A stretch of 64,000 nt of DNA, taken from Neoconidiobolus thromboides FSU 785 (lineage: Eukaryota; Fungi; Entomophthoromycota). The stretch spans positions 248,001 to 312,000 of the forward strand of contig MU626260.1 in NCBI GenBank assembly GCA_025603075.1, read 5' to 3'. Position numbers and translations under genes: made by a program. The notes under the pieces are model-generated. The model did no database searches. It saw only the letters and a list, made by a program, of their open reading frames with translations, and had not been told where the DNA came from. Below are positions 40,805 through 52,267 of the stretch, piece after piece; position 1 is the first letter of the stretch; each line of letters opens with the position of its first letter.

Positions 40805-40886
40805 ATGTCTATTTGTTTAATTTTGCTAATTTTCTAGTTAATAGCGCTTAATAAATGAAAGCAAATAAAACCAAAATACTTTCATA
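40805..40886 (+). mobile_element. Highly degenerate MITE copy
   Basis: TTTTGCTAATTTTC..AATAGCGCTTAATAAATGAAA matches the family core; termini lost. Confidence 0.5.
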
Positions 40887-40965
40887 CAATAAACCATCTT
40901 GTAGTCATGAAATAATTTAAATACAATTTTTCTTATATAGCTTGAAGGCATCATAGACTAAATAT

Positions 40966-41065
40966 GGGGATGCATTTTTTTGTTTAGGAACTTATTAATA
41001 ATCTTTCCACTCAAATAGCGTTTGAAAAATGGAAAAAGTAATGAAGTCAAAAAGAACATCCCCCT
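40966..41065 (+). mobile_element. MITE copy (orientation A)
   Basis: ATAT|GGGGATG...ACATCCCCCT|ATAT. Confidence 0.9.
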
Positions 41066-42814
41066 ATATTGAGTAATTAAAAAGTTAAATAGCTGACGCG
41101 TTTAGTTTCCAACGTCCTCAAGCTGTGTAAGAAAAAGTATGTTTAAATTATTTTAGTAACATTGGTATTAAAACTTGACACAATTTCTTTGGTACTTTCA
41201 TCTTACTTTTTCTATAATTTTAACGAGTTCCACCCTATAGCCAATGACCAACCTCACTATAAACCTTCAGTTAGAATTTCGAAGCAAACTCAGATTTCCA
41301 ATATTTAATTCTCAACGGGAAATTTACTAAACGGAAATATCTTACGATTACTTTAAAGCCTCAAATATCAACATTAAATTATGTTAGATTATTTCTAAAC
41401 AGGTTAACTCATATCAATTTGATTTTCTAAATTTAATATTAACACTTACCCGTTAAAGACTAAATGGTTCCAAACTATGTTATTATTTAACCGGTATCCT
41501 TTTAAATATCTACTATTTTGAGTTATGAAAATTAGGGGTATTGAGTAAATGTTAGAGCTGTTCTTTGACTTGTATTATAGTTTATATATTGATAAAAATA
41601 TTAATAATAATGAAAAGCTAACTTTTAAAAAAGGATAAAAACTTCCCAATCCTACTTTTTTATTATTGACATTATCTTACGATTTAGCTCGAGGTATCGA
41701 TTATCAAATCTTTGCTTATTTTAGATAATAATTTTTTTACATTATTTACAAGTATTTTATCGAACTGTTCTATACAATAGATTAGATAAGGTAGGGATAG
41801 TATTTTATTAATATAATATAAAAATATAAAAATTAACTTATTTCATTTTAGATCTTAAATTAGTCATTTTTAATAAGCCAAGAGTTAGGTATTATTTTTT
41901 ATCTACATTAAACAAACAAGATATTTTTCATATATAGTAAAACAGTTTATATGTAATATTAAATAGTCGTTTTTTATTAATTTTTTAATTTCTGATACTA
42001 AATTACCATATTTTATGAAATAAGGGAGATTGTGACGCCATAGCTAATGGCCAATTAAAGACAAAAAGACTAAAAGGAAAGTTCAAATTAGAAACTGAGG
42101 GTGGAAGTAAAAAAGCGGAATAATTGAGTTCCTCAAAAGGACCAGATTCCCAAAAAATTGTCAAAAAGTTAAAACTACAACTTAAAAATAATCAGTTGAA
42201 AAAATACATTAAAATATCTAATCAATTGATTAATTTAATATATTAAAATCTATTGAAATCAAAATTAAACTTTATAGTATCTAAATAGTGGCTTTAAAAT
42301 ATTAAATGATGAGGTTAACTAAATATTAAGTATTTTATTATAATTAATAAGTTTTAGGCTAATTTTTTTACTTTTATTTACTAACTTTAAATATTTTAAG
42401 TCAATAAAAAAATGCGAAGTTGATCCGAAGTGAAACTAAAAATTCTATTTTTTAGAACAATCCTTTAGTTATTGGAATTGTTACATGTTCTATTTATTAG
42501 GCAACTTTATTTTTATCACTTCAAATCAAAATAATTTAAAAATAACATTGGATATATTTATAAACTACTACCCAATCAAATCAATTTGATTCGTAATGAT
42601 TTCATAATTTATAAAACTGCTCAGCTTTGTCATTGAGAAATCATCCAACATCTTTTTACTAATTTACAAAATCTTATCGAATGATTTGTCGACTCAATGG
42701 ATAAATTTTAGTATAAAAAGCTAAGCAAAGAAAGGGAATAATCATTTTTCTTTTTATATTTTTTTAAATCGAATCTACATCGATTAGTAATCATTCTACA
42801 TCAAGCAACTAATT

Positions 42815-43750
42815 ATGCCTGATAGCTTATTAACATACAGTCATAACATAAACAGATCATATTATACTCACAATCCTGAATACAAATTGGACAACCATAC
42901 AAGTCAAAGAGACAATAGCAATCCACAGGATTTAGAGTCAACATACAACAAAGACAATTATACAGTATATCCAACCCAAAATATACAAAATTTAGGTTAC
43001 AATATATATGCTGATAATTTGAACCAAATGTATCCGCATTATTTGCCTGGTTATGTGAACAACAATGATAAGCAAATATCCCATCAATATTCTAATAGTG
43101 TACAAAATGAAGTTAAAACGGAAGAGATATCCCCACCTATTCACTCAGACTATGATATTAATCATAATTTGAAATCAACTCTATCAGTCCCTACCCCTGT
43201 CCTTGATAATCAGCATTCACCACAAAACATAAACCGAGGTTTCGAAATGAATAGTATGCCATCAAGATCGCTGAATTATGATGTCAACGCTCCATATAAT
43301 TTACCGCTTATCAATAGCTATAACGGAATGAGTCAATCATCTCAGTTCTATTCCCAAAGCATATTCATGAACCCATACCAAGTGATGCAGCCTGCTAGTT
43401 ACCCTGGATTAACTAATACAATCCCTATGATAAAAGAGCCTATTCTACCTATCCCACAAAAGCTTCACAACGAACAGCCTCATAGTAGTGACTATAACAA
43501 AAAATTTAATCAAATTGCTTCCAGCCCTACTAGTACAACTCGTAAGAGAAGTGGACCATTACCTAAGATTATCCCATGTTCTCATCCCGGATGTGAGAAA
43601 AAGTTTAGTAGACTTTATAATATGAAGGCGCATTTGGAAATCCATAACCCAGTTCGTATCAAGCAATTTCAATGTCATATATGTTCTCGTCGGTTTTCTA
43701 GAAAGCACGATCTCACGCGTCATATCAAAGTAATCCACAAGGCTCTTTAA
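42815..43750 (+). CDS. C2H2 zinc-finger transcription factor (two C-terminal fingers), intronless
   Basis: CSHPGCEKKFSRLYNMKAHLEIH and CHICSRRFSRKHDLTRHIKVIH after an N/Q/P-rich region. Confidence 0.9.
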   Translation: MPDSLLTYSHNINRSYYTHNPEYKLDNHTSQRDNSNPQDLESTYNKDNYTVYPTQNIQNLGYNIYADNLNQMYPHYLPGYVNNNDKQISHQYSNSVQNEVKTEEISPPIHSDYDINHNLKSTLSVPTPVLDNQHSPQNINRGFEMNSMPSRSLNYDVNAPYNLPLINSYNGMSQSSQFYSQSIFMNPYQVMQPASYPGLTNTIPMIKEPILPIPQKLHNEQPHSSDYNKKFNQIASSPTSTTRKRSGPLPKIIPCSHPGCEKKFSRLYNMKAHLEIHNPVRIKQFQCHICSRRFSRKHDLTRHIKVIHKAL

Positions 43751-45049
43751 TTGCTAATTGCTTTACTCTAGTGTAATTTTAATATTATTTAACTTGCTAA
43801 TTAAATTTCTTCAATTGTACATATTTTAATTAAAGATAATTTATACAATATCATAGTTAATTTCTTTGTGGAGTATTTTTCTAGAGTGACTGTTTTTTTG
43901 ATGTCTAAGGAATATTCATAAATTATACTGTAATTCTTTTAAAATACTTGGTTATTAATTGGTCAAGTTTTAAAGTTTATCCTTGACTCATCTTGGAATA
44001 ATTTAAAGTCAAAAAATATGAGATCCCAAAAAAAATCAACTAAACGGAAAATAGTTAAAAAAATTTGTTAATAAAGTGGCTAAATTATTCAAGTTCTAAA
44101 ATTGATAAATCAAATTAAATAGAAATATATTTTATATAAAATCAAAAAATTTATTTCAATTATTTTAGCATAAATAGTGATATAAAAAATATGTTTATTC
44201 TATAAATTATAGTTTAAGATCAAGATATTGATATTCTTTCTTTTTCTAATAGGCTAAATAGTAATAAATTTGATATAAAAGCTTTAGTTTATAAATTAAT
44301 TTTTATAGTTTTTTATTCATTTAAATGATTTTTATTTAATTAAAGTAAAATGGTACAAACAGAACATTTACTTATTAAATACAACAAATTACGCCTAAAT
44401 TATATATTATATAGCAATAAAAGATATTTAAAGTAATTGTAGAATTTATCTAAAAAACTGTTAATATAATGACAATTTTTGATAGAGGCTTTTGATGAAC
44501 ACTGATTCTAACGTTAAGAATTATTTAATATTCTATTTAAAATAATTGAACAAAATTAATATATTCTATTTATAAAAAATGTAAGATAAGGATAGTATAG
44601 TAATAAATCTATAGTTAATTTATACTAATTGAGCTGTGACAATAAATGGTGGAGTGAAGACACCTCCATTTATTATCTTGGATTTTAAAAACTAAGGCTT
44701 TTTGTGAAGTTGTGTAAGAATGTATAGGTAATTGGAAAGAATAAAACAAGTATAGGGATAATGTTAAAGTTACTATGGAGGCAAGATGGTGCAGAATGCG
44801 GCTAAACAATAAAAAGGGGCTTTTAATTATTTATTGGTGACTTTAAGGTAACCGTGATTAACATGATGGCTTAATTGTTGTAAAACAGTTCTTTTAATAT
44901 GTTATTTTTAAATTTATCATTAAAATTATCATGTATCTTTTTTATATAACATTTGTTATTTTGTTTTTAAGTTTGACTATTTTTTTATGATAAAGTAGAT
45001 TTTTTGAATGCTTTTCAATGTCATTGTGCTTTTTTAGTATATTTAATAT

Positions 45050-45150
45050 GAGGATATGTTTTTGTGTTTAAGTATTTTACTAACAATTTTCCGACTCAAA
45101 TGACATTTAAAGAATGGAAAAATTGATAAAGCTAAAAAGAACACTCCCCT
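45050..45150 (+). mobile_element. MITE copy (orientation A)
   Basis: ATAT|GAGGATA...ACTCCCCT|ATAT. Confidence 0.85.
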
Positions 45151-45337
45151 ATATTCTGTTTTTATATCAGGAAGGTGATGACAATTCATTTATTTTTATA
45201 ACTTTAGCAAATAAATACTTGCTTAAAAAGCCTTTGTTTTTTAAGAGATTAAAGAGCCAATAACAACATTTAAAAAACAATCCCACTGTAATTTGAAAAA
45301 ATAAAACAAAAGATTGATTTGGCTTTGAAAATATAAG

Positions 45338-47424
45338 ATGGGTAAAAGAAACAAAAAGAACTCAATAAAAGAAAAAGAAGTGGATAATGAAGTGGATAAA
45401 AAAGAACATAGCATAAAGAGTAGTCAGAGTTATCTTAAATTTATTAGCTTAATTCAATCAAATCGGAACATGATGCGTTTAAAAGATAGAAAGGATGTAC
45501 CAGAGTTGTAAGTATACTATTACTATTTTAGTGTTATTTGTTCAACCCAATATTAGTTATGTAACACAAACTGTAGTTCCAGAAATTCATAGGTTAGCCG
45601 ATGAATTTTTAAAAGCGGTTGACGCCAAGCTTCCAAAATTGGATGAGGAGCCAAAAGAGATCACTGAGTCAAAGGATAATAATGATAAGAAAGTAAATAG
45701 TGATAAGAAAGGAAATGAAAAGAAAGCAAGTGATAAAAAAGCGAAAGATAAGAAAGCTAATGGTGACAAGAAGGCAAATGATAATAAAAAAGGAAACGAT
45801 GATAAAAAAATAAATGATGAATTTATAGATGAAGAAGAAATAATAACCGAAGTTAAGAAAGTAGTATCTATATATAATTAAAAAAATATAACTAATATTA
45901 AATAGGAAGAACTTACATTACAATTTGGACATATCAATATTGCAAGGAAAGCTACCTTGAAGCAGCTTTGTTGCGTTATCCTTCCAGTTGATGTGAAAGC
46001 AATTTATCAAGATTGTGAGTTATTTTATTTTGTTTCAATACACTTTATTTATATTTTAATTATAAGATTTATTAGATTCATTTCAAGAATTAATTTACAA
46101 ATGCCACAGTTGTGGAGTTAAAATCATTTATGCTTTAAATACAAGATATTTGAATAAAAGGTATTCAAAAATATATAAAGATTGTTATTCCATACAAAGC
46201 ATTGGGGTGCCACTCAAATTTCAAGACTTGAAAGAGTTTCAAGAGTTAGATAGGGTATGTAGTAGATTACGTTACCATTATGTTATGGAATTTAGTAAAA
46301 AAAGTATATATCCAAATAAATATAAACAGAGTCCATTATGGGTTGCAGCATACTATGGGATAACATGTCCAAATATCATTTATCAATGTTTAAGTCATGA
46401 TCGTAAACAGTTGTTACATAGAGATTATCAATACAAATGTACACCATTAGAAATAGCATATAGACGAAATCAAACGTTTTTTATTAGAATGTTTGAAAAA
46501 TTGATTGACAAAGAATTACCAATTGACGAAGAAGGGGAAAAAGAAAAACTTAATCAATTAGTAGCTTCTTATTTTTCAGTCAATAGCAATATATTATGTA
46601 ACGAAAATGATAAGCCAAGGCCATTAAGTTTTGTTCCAGATCCAATGAATTTAAAATTTATCAATGACAATTATTCAACTTCGAACATAATAACATTAAC
46701 TGGAAGAATGGATAGTAGAGAAATCAGTGAAAGGTTTTTTAGATTATACTTTTATAATCAAAATTTATTCAATACTTTGATTTCAAAAATATTACCACCC
46801 CACCATCGCAGGCTAGCTTGGATTGTCACAAGGTTTGCGTTAGTATCTAAAGATCCAGCTACTCTCGTTGCAGCATTAAATTATTATAATTTAAGGTTTT
46901 CAAATGTATTATATAACCATTGTAATTTAATCACACGTAGTAAAACAAGTTCCTTATTTAAACCCATGAGTATAATTAATAATAATGTCGTCAAAGAATA
47001 TGATTTAAGCTCTGAAACACTGTTAGTGTTAGCAGCAAAAATGAATTTACAAGATCAGGTTTTAATTATACTAATACATATCTTAAAAATATATTCTAAC
47101 AAAATAAATTACGCTTTTCCTTTTTCAAGTCATATGGTATTAACTAATAGAGCTGTTACCCCTTACGACGATGGTAGAGTCAACTATAAATATTTAAAAG
47201 ATGTGTTACCTATGCATTATTTTAACAAAAGAGATTCAGATGGATTCAATGCAATTGACTATGCAGTTAAATTCAATATGACCTATGTCATCCCCTGGTT
47301 TGTTTATTATTTAGGGTTCTCTTCAGGTTTTGGTAACCCACTTACTGTCTCTTTTGATAAACCTTTATTTGAAAGACCCCCTTTCGATAAATCTTCATTT
47401 GATAAACCCTTTTCTTTTTTATAA
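45338..47424 (+). CDS. Uncharacterised ankyrin-repeat-like protein (4 exons)
   Basis: Phase-consistent splicing from ATG 45338 into the 46150 ORF. Ankyrin-like segments SPLWVAAYYG, TPLEIAY, ETLLVLAAKMN and DSDGFNAIDYAVKFN. Confidence 0.6.
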
Positions 47425-47732
47425 AGTTTTGTTTGGTAGATTTGGTACTTTCTATTTATATTAATTTCAATTGTACCTTTATTTCGATTTTACTACTGTT
47501 GATAAAATAAAAATAAGCTCATTTGCTCATTTCGGTCTCATCCTTATTTAATCGAATTGGAGAGGAATCCCGATTTGATAATACTTTACAAACTTAGAAT
47601 GATAAAGTGGAATTATCTGAAAACTTGAACAATTAATTAAGCACAAATAAAACAAACTGTTACTGTTATTAAATTCATGTAGTATATGTAATTAAATATT
47701 TAGTTTAGTGTGAACTATCATGAGATCACGAA

Positions 47733-47806
47733 GTTTCCGTGGTGTAGTTGGTTATCACATCTGTCTAACACACAGAAGGTCTCCAGTTCGAATCTGGACG
47801 GAAACA
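47733..47806 (+). tRNA. tRNA-Val(AAC)
   Basis: Acceptor GTTTCCG/CGGAAAC, anticodon arm TCTGT-CTAACAC-ACAGA, T loop AGTTCGAATCT, followed by a T run. Confidence 0.95.
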
Positions 47807-48185
47807 TTTTTGACATTTGTCCATATTTAAAAATGGTGATAAATTAATATGGAGATCAAGCTGCTTTATTTTTGTTGAATGTGTTTCTGTGGAAGCTTTA
47901 TTTGATATGAATGTCAAGAGAAAAATGATATAATAATATCAAAGGATAATGCCATCGTCTAGTTTTTTTTAGTAAATTTAGTCCAATCGAATAGTTTAAT
48001 AGGTTTTATTAATGTAAATAAGTAACATTTGGTCCATCATATGTGAAGTTCAGAGCTATATTAAGCAATTACTAGAGCATCATTTGACACTAGTTAGCTA
48101 AATGATTTTAAGAAACTATTATAAAAAAACGATGGCAAAAGAATAATATAAAAAGGATAAAGATTAAGTGATAAATAATTTTAAA

Positions 48186-49352
48186 ATGAGATCTACTATT
48201 TTTATAACAAGTATTTTACTTCTAAAGTCCATTGTTTTGGCTAATCTTGCTCCCCTTCATTCCCCTACTAATGGTAATATAGTTGATCAAAGTTACATTA
48301 TCAATCTTAAGCCAAATACAAAATCCAGTTTAGATGCTCATGTTAATTATGTCAAGTCCTTATTTATTGAGCGTAATGGTATAAATAAGATCCAAGATGT
48401 TTATAATCATATTGGAAAATCGTACAGTGCTTATTTGACTGAAGATGTGTTGCAAAAGGTTCGTAGCCTGAGTGATGTTGCTTTTATCGAAAAAAATGTC
48501 AAAGTTAAATTAGATTCCGTCCAAACAAATGCCCCATGGGGTATATCTCGCATTTCCCAACGTAATTTTACTAATACATTTACTTACACTTATGACGGAA
48601 ATGGTGAAGGTGTAACTGTCTATGTCATTGATAGTGGTATTTTGATAACTCATCCAGAGTTTGAAGGAAGAGCTAAATTTGGTGCAAGGTTTACTACAGA
48701 CACTGATGATGATGGAGATGGTCTTGGTCATGGTACCCACTGTGCTGGTACTGTAGGCTCAAAAACTTATGGAGTAGCAAAAAAAGTAAATTTAGTAGCC
48801 GTTAAAGTCTTTGATAATGATGGCAATGGTAATTTTGCTAATATTATTTCTGCTATAAACTGGGTTGTTGGTGATAAAAGGGGTGCAAAAGGTAATGTTA
48901 TTAGTATGTCCCTTGGTGGTCCTGTTTCAGAATCTGTTAATTCAGCTATTGAAACTGCTTATCAAAAAGGGTTTGTGATTGTTGTTTCTGCTGGTAATGA
49001 TAGTAGAGACGCATGTACTAAGTCACCCGCTTCTTCTCCTAGTGCTATAACTGTAGCTGCATCGACTGCTAATGATGATGTATGGAGCCTCTCAAATACT
49101 GGCAAATGTGTCGATATATTTGCCCCTGGCTCACTTATAGTTTCTACTTACAATGATGGTAAAACAGATACCCTTTCTGGCACCTCTATGTCTACGCCAC
49201 ATGTTGCTGGGCTTGCTGCTTATTATCTTTCGAAAGAAGTTTTAACTAATTCCCAAATAACTCAAAAGATTTTAAAGACCGCAACAAAAGATGCTATCAA
49301 GAAAAACAAACCAGATACAGTTAATCTTTTAGCTTACAACAATATTGTTTAA
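48186..49352 (+). CDS. Secreted subtilisin (S8A, proteinase K-like) with I9 prodomain, intronless
   Basis: Signal peptide and catalytic triad motifs VIDSG, HGTHCAGT and GTSMSTPHVAG. First ATG at 48186. Confidence 0.96.
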   Translation: MRSTIFITSILLLKSIVLANLAPLHSPTNGNIVDQSYIINLKPNTKSSLDAHVNYVKSLFIERNGINKIQDVYNHIGKSYSAYLTEDVLQKVRSLSDVAFIEKNVKVKLDSVQTNAPWGISRISQRNFTNTFTYTYDGNGEGVTVYVIDSGILITHPEFEGRAKFGARFTTDTDDDGDGLGHGTHCAGTVGSKTYGVAKKVNLVAVKVFDNDGNGNFANIISAINWVVGDKRGAKGNVISMSLGGPVSESVNSAIETAYQKGFVIVVSAGNDSRDACTKSPASSPSAITVAASTANDDVWSLSNTGKCVDIFAPGSLIVSTYNDGKTDTLSGTSMSTPHVAGLAAYYLSKEVLTNSQITQKILKTATKDAIKKNKPDTVNLLAYNNIV

Positions 49353-49567
49353 ATAAAGTTTATAATCTTATTCTTATGTCTTCATAAAGTTTGACTATTT
49401 AAAAAGCCTTGAAAAGTTATTCTTATTGTTCCTGTGAATGTCAATGGCAGTACCGACAAGGATATATATCGCATAGCTATAGTAGTAGCATTTTAAGATT
49501 AATATTCCAAGGATGTAAAAAAGCTTGAGTTTAATAGAATAATGCTATAAATCGAAAGTATAGTAAT

Positions 49568-49666
49568 GGGGATGATTTTTTTGACTTCATTACTTTTTCC
49601 ACCTTTTAAGCGCTATTCGAGCGGAAAATTTGTTAGTAAAATTCTTAAACGCAAAAATACGTCCCC
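49568..49666 (-). mobile_element. MITE copy (orientation B), near consensus
   Basis: TAAT|GGGGATG...ACGTCCCC|TAAT, a non-palindromic 4-bp direct repeat. Confidence 0.92.
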
Positions 49667-49976
49667 TAATTGTATATAAATTAATGATACAATGATCGAT
49701 TAAAGAATTAATTGTACTATATATACTATAGGTATGACGATTTAATTGTATAAAGCTAAAATAAAACCAAAGCTTTGATAAATAAAACGGACCCAAGATA
49801 GTATGCTTTGTATCATTTTTATAAATATTTTTTAAATAGTCTTTTTCTATATTTCACTGATGTTCAAATCCCTATTTTTTGCAAACTCAACTCAAATTTA
49901 GGAGCGTCTGCATAAATAATTAATAGCTATTAAAACTTCGAAATAAAATATCCTTTTTTCATTTAAGTAATTTTTA

Positions 49977-52121
49977 ATGGGTTCAAATCAACAACCACAA
50001 GGAAATAATAGCCAAGATAAGCCGAACAAAAAGAGTAGTAAAAACAAGAAAAATGACTTACCAGGTGTACAAAATTTAGGCCAATTTAGTACTTTCAATA
50101 CACAGTCAACAGGCCAACAGTTACCACAAAATCCTCCCAATCCACAAAATAATGTTCGCCCTGTTAACAATATATTGCCGAGAACGGCACTTGGTAGTGG
50201 TAATATGCCACCCGGAAGTTTGAAAAATATATACCAAAATATCCCTCAATATAATAATAATTACAACAAATACCCTTTGATTAATCAGCATATAACCTCA
50301 AGCTATGATTTAAATAATTTAAATATTCTTTCTGCAGTCGCGAAAATTTTACCTCAATATAATTCTGGCAATAGACCTCTTTCAATAAGAGGTGGTAGTT
50401 ATACAAATGTCCCAATAATGCCTAATCCAAATTCTTATGTCCCCATTCAGCCCAGTAGATCCAACTCTGCTATCGCTTCCCCGTCACCAAAGCCTACCAA
50501 AGCTAAATCTAAAGTAAACAATAGACAGGCCAATAGCCCAAGTAATGAGACTAGGATTAATTAATTGATTAATTTATTAATACATTATTAGGTCAAAAAA
50601 ATATACCCAAAGCTCAAGCTAAAGCAGCTAATGAAAATTTAACATTTAAGAAATTTTTAGATGATTTACATATAGATGTCAGTCACAAACTTAAAGACTT
50701 GATAAATCGTTTATTAAAAAAAGAGATTGAAACAGATGAATATAGTAGAGAAGCTAGGGATCTTCTTGGTGACAAGTATCCTATTTTGACTCAATTGATG
50801 AAAAATACTTCGGCTCAGTCTAATTCAGCAAAATCTGAGCCTGTACAATGTTCTAGTACTTCTTTAAATAACCAAGAACAACAGGGAAATAATCCGAACT
50901 TCAGGCAACATTTTTATTATTATGTAATTTTTCTTAAACTAACGCGTTTAATCTTATAGGCCATTAACTACTACCCAAATTAGTAAACCAAGCAGTGCTT
51001 ACAAACCTCAACCACAGACTCAACAGACCCCATCATCAAATAATCTCAATTCAGTTAACAAAAGGTAATTGCACGATTTTTATAAAACAACTTTTAAGTT
51101 TTAAATTTTATCATATAAACAATAGTACAGGCATTGATTATAAATCATTAACAGACGTTATGGGATCTACTGGAGTGAATGTAAAAGAAGAAGCAAATAT
51201 TATAAAAAAGTCTGCATTAAGTGCTACACCCTATGGGGATACTAGGGTTGATCCTAAAGCACAACAGCATACTGCTACGCCTCCCTTGCTTCCGTTTATT
51301 GATAAAGATATACTTGCTCAAAAAATGAATAGGATTGGTAATTATTTTGCACTAAAATTGGTGATTTATTAAAATTATTTATAGCAAATCAAAATGGGCT
51401 AAATCAAATTGACAGAAAAGTATATGATTTAATTTCATTAGCTGCAGAAGAAAGAGTTAGGTCAGTAATTGAGAGAATGATAAGTGCTAGTAAGCATCGA
51501 GTTAAAAATCATCAAAATTTCCCTCAACCTGAGGTGAACCCAAATGGAAGGCCAGAATACAAAATACAAGTTAATTTGGATAGTAAAAGACATATAACCG
51601 TTTTAGAGCGTATTGATAGAGAAGAAGAAAGATTGATGAGACAAAGAATTGAACAAGGGATTGAGTTAGAAGATGATCCAAAAAGTAAAAGAAGTAAAAC
51701 AAAGAAAGATAATTCAGCTACCAATCCAAAAAATTTATCAGAAGATAATCGAAAGTTACTAGCTAATCAAACAGCAGCTTTTGTTACAGGTTCTGTACCT
51801 AAATCTTGGATGACGTCAACCCCTATCTCTTCATCACCAAGGTTAAATTCTCCTTTAGTTAAAAATAATTATAAACCTACAGTTTCATCGAACCTTGTGC
51901 CAAAGCAAACAGCGACCCATGGTTCTAGTCCTTTAGGTAACAAACCTTATTCAACTCTATCTACTCCCTCTACGCCTCGCTATAACTCTTCTTTTGGAAA
52001 AAATGCTCCCCGTGTCCTTACTATTCAAGATGCTTTATTTGTCTTAGAATCTGATCAATTGACTGCACCAGCTTCCAATTCTAAAAAGCTTATTATCAGC
52101 AAATACTCAAACTTGAATTAA
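49977..52121 (+). CDS. TAF4: TAF4-like TFIID subunit, paralog A (5 exons)
   Basis: DVMGSTGVNVKEE, histone-fold LISLAAEERVRSVIERMISASKHR, ANQTA, KSWM, LTIQDALFVLESD. Exons 49977-50541, 50592-50904, 50960-51064, 51126-51337, 51385-52121. Confidence 0.85.
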
Positions 52122-52267
52122 ATTAAAATTTCAAACTGTAATAAAATATTCAATATATAATATTAATTCTTTAATATAAGTTTTATTAATAAATAGAAAC
52201 ATTAAGCTAAAGGCCACAATAATTAAAAGCTAATTATCATATTAAAGTTAACCTGTAATTTCTGGGA

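Noticed and set aside
44615-44809. 64-aa minus-strand ORF with a hydrophobic start and a 34-nt imperfect palindrome at ~44641-44674
   Set aside because: Non-ATG start, no family motif and no second copy of the hairpin; not enough support.
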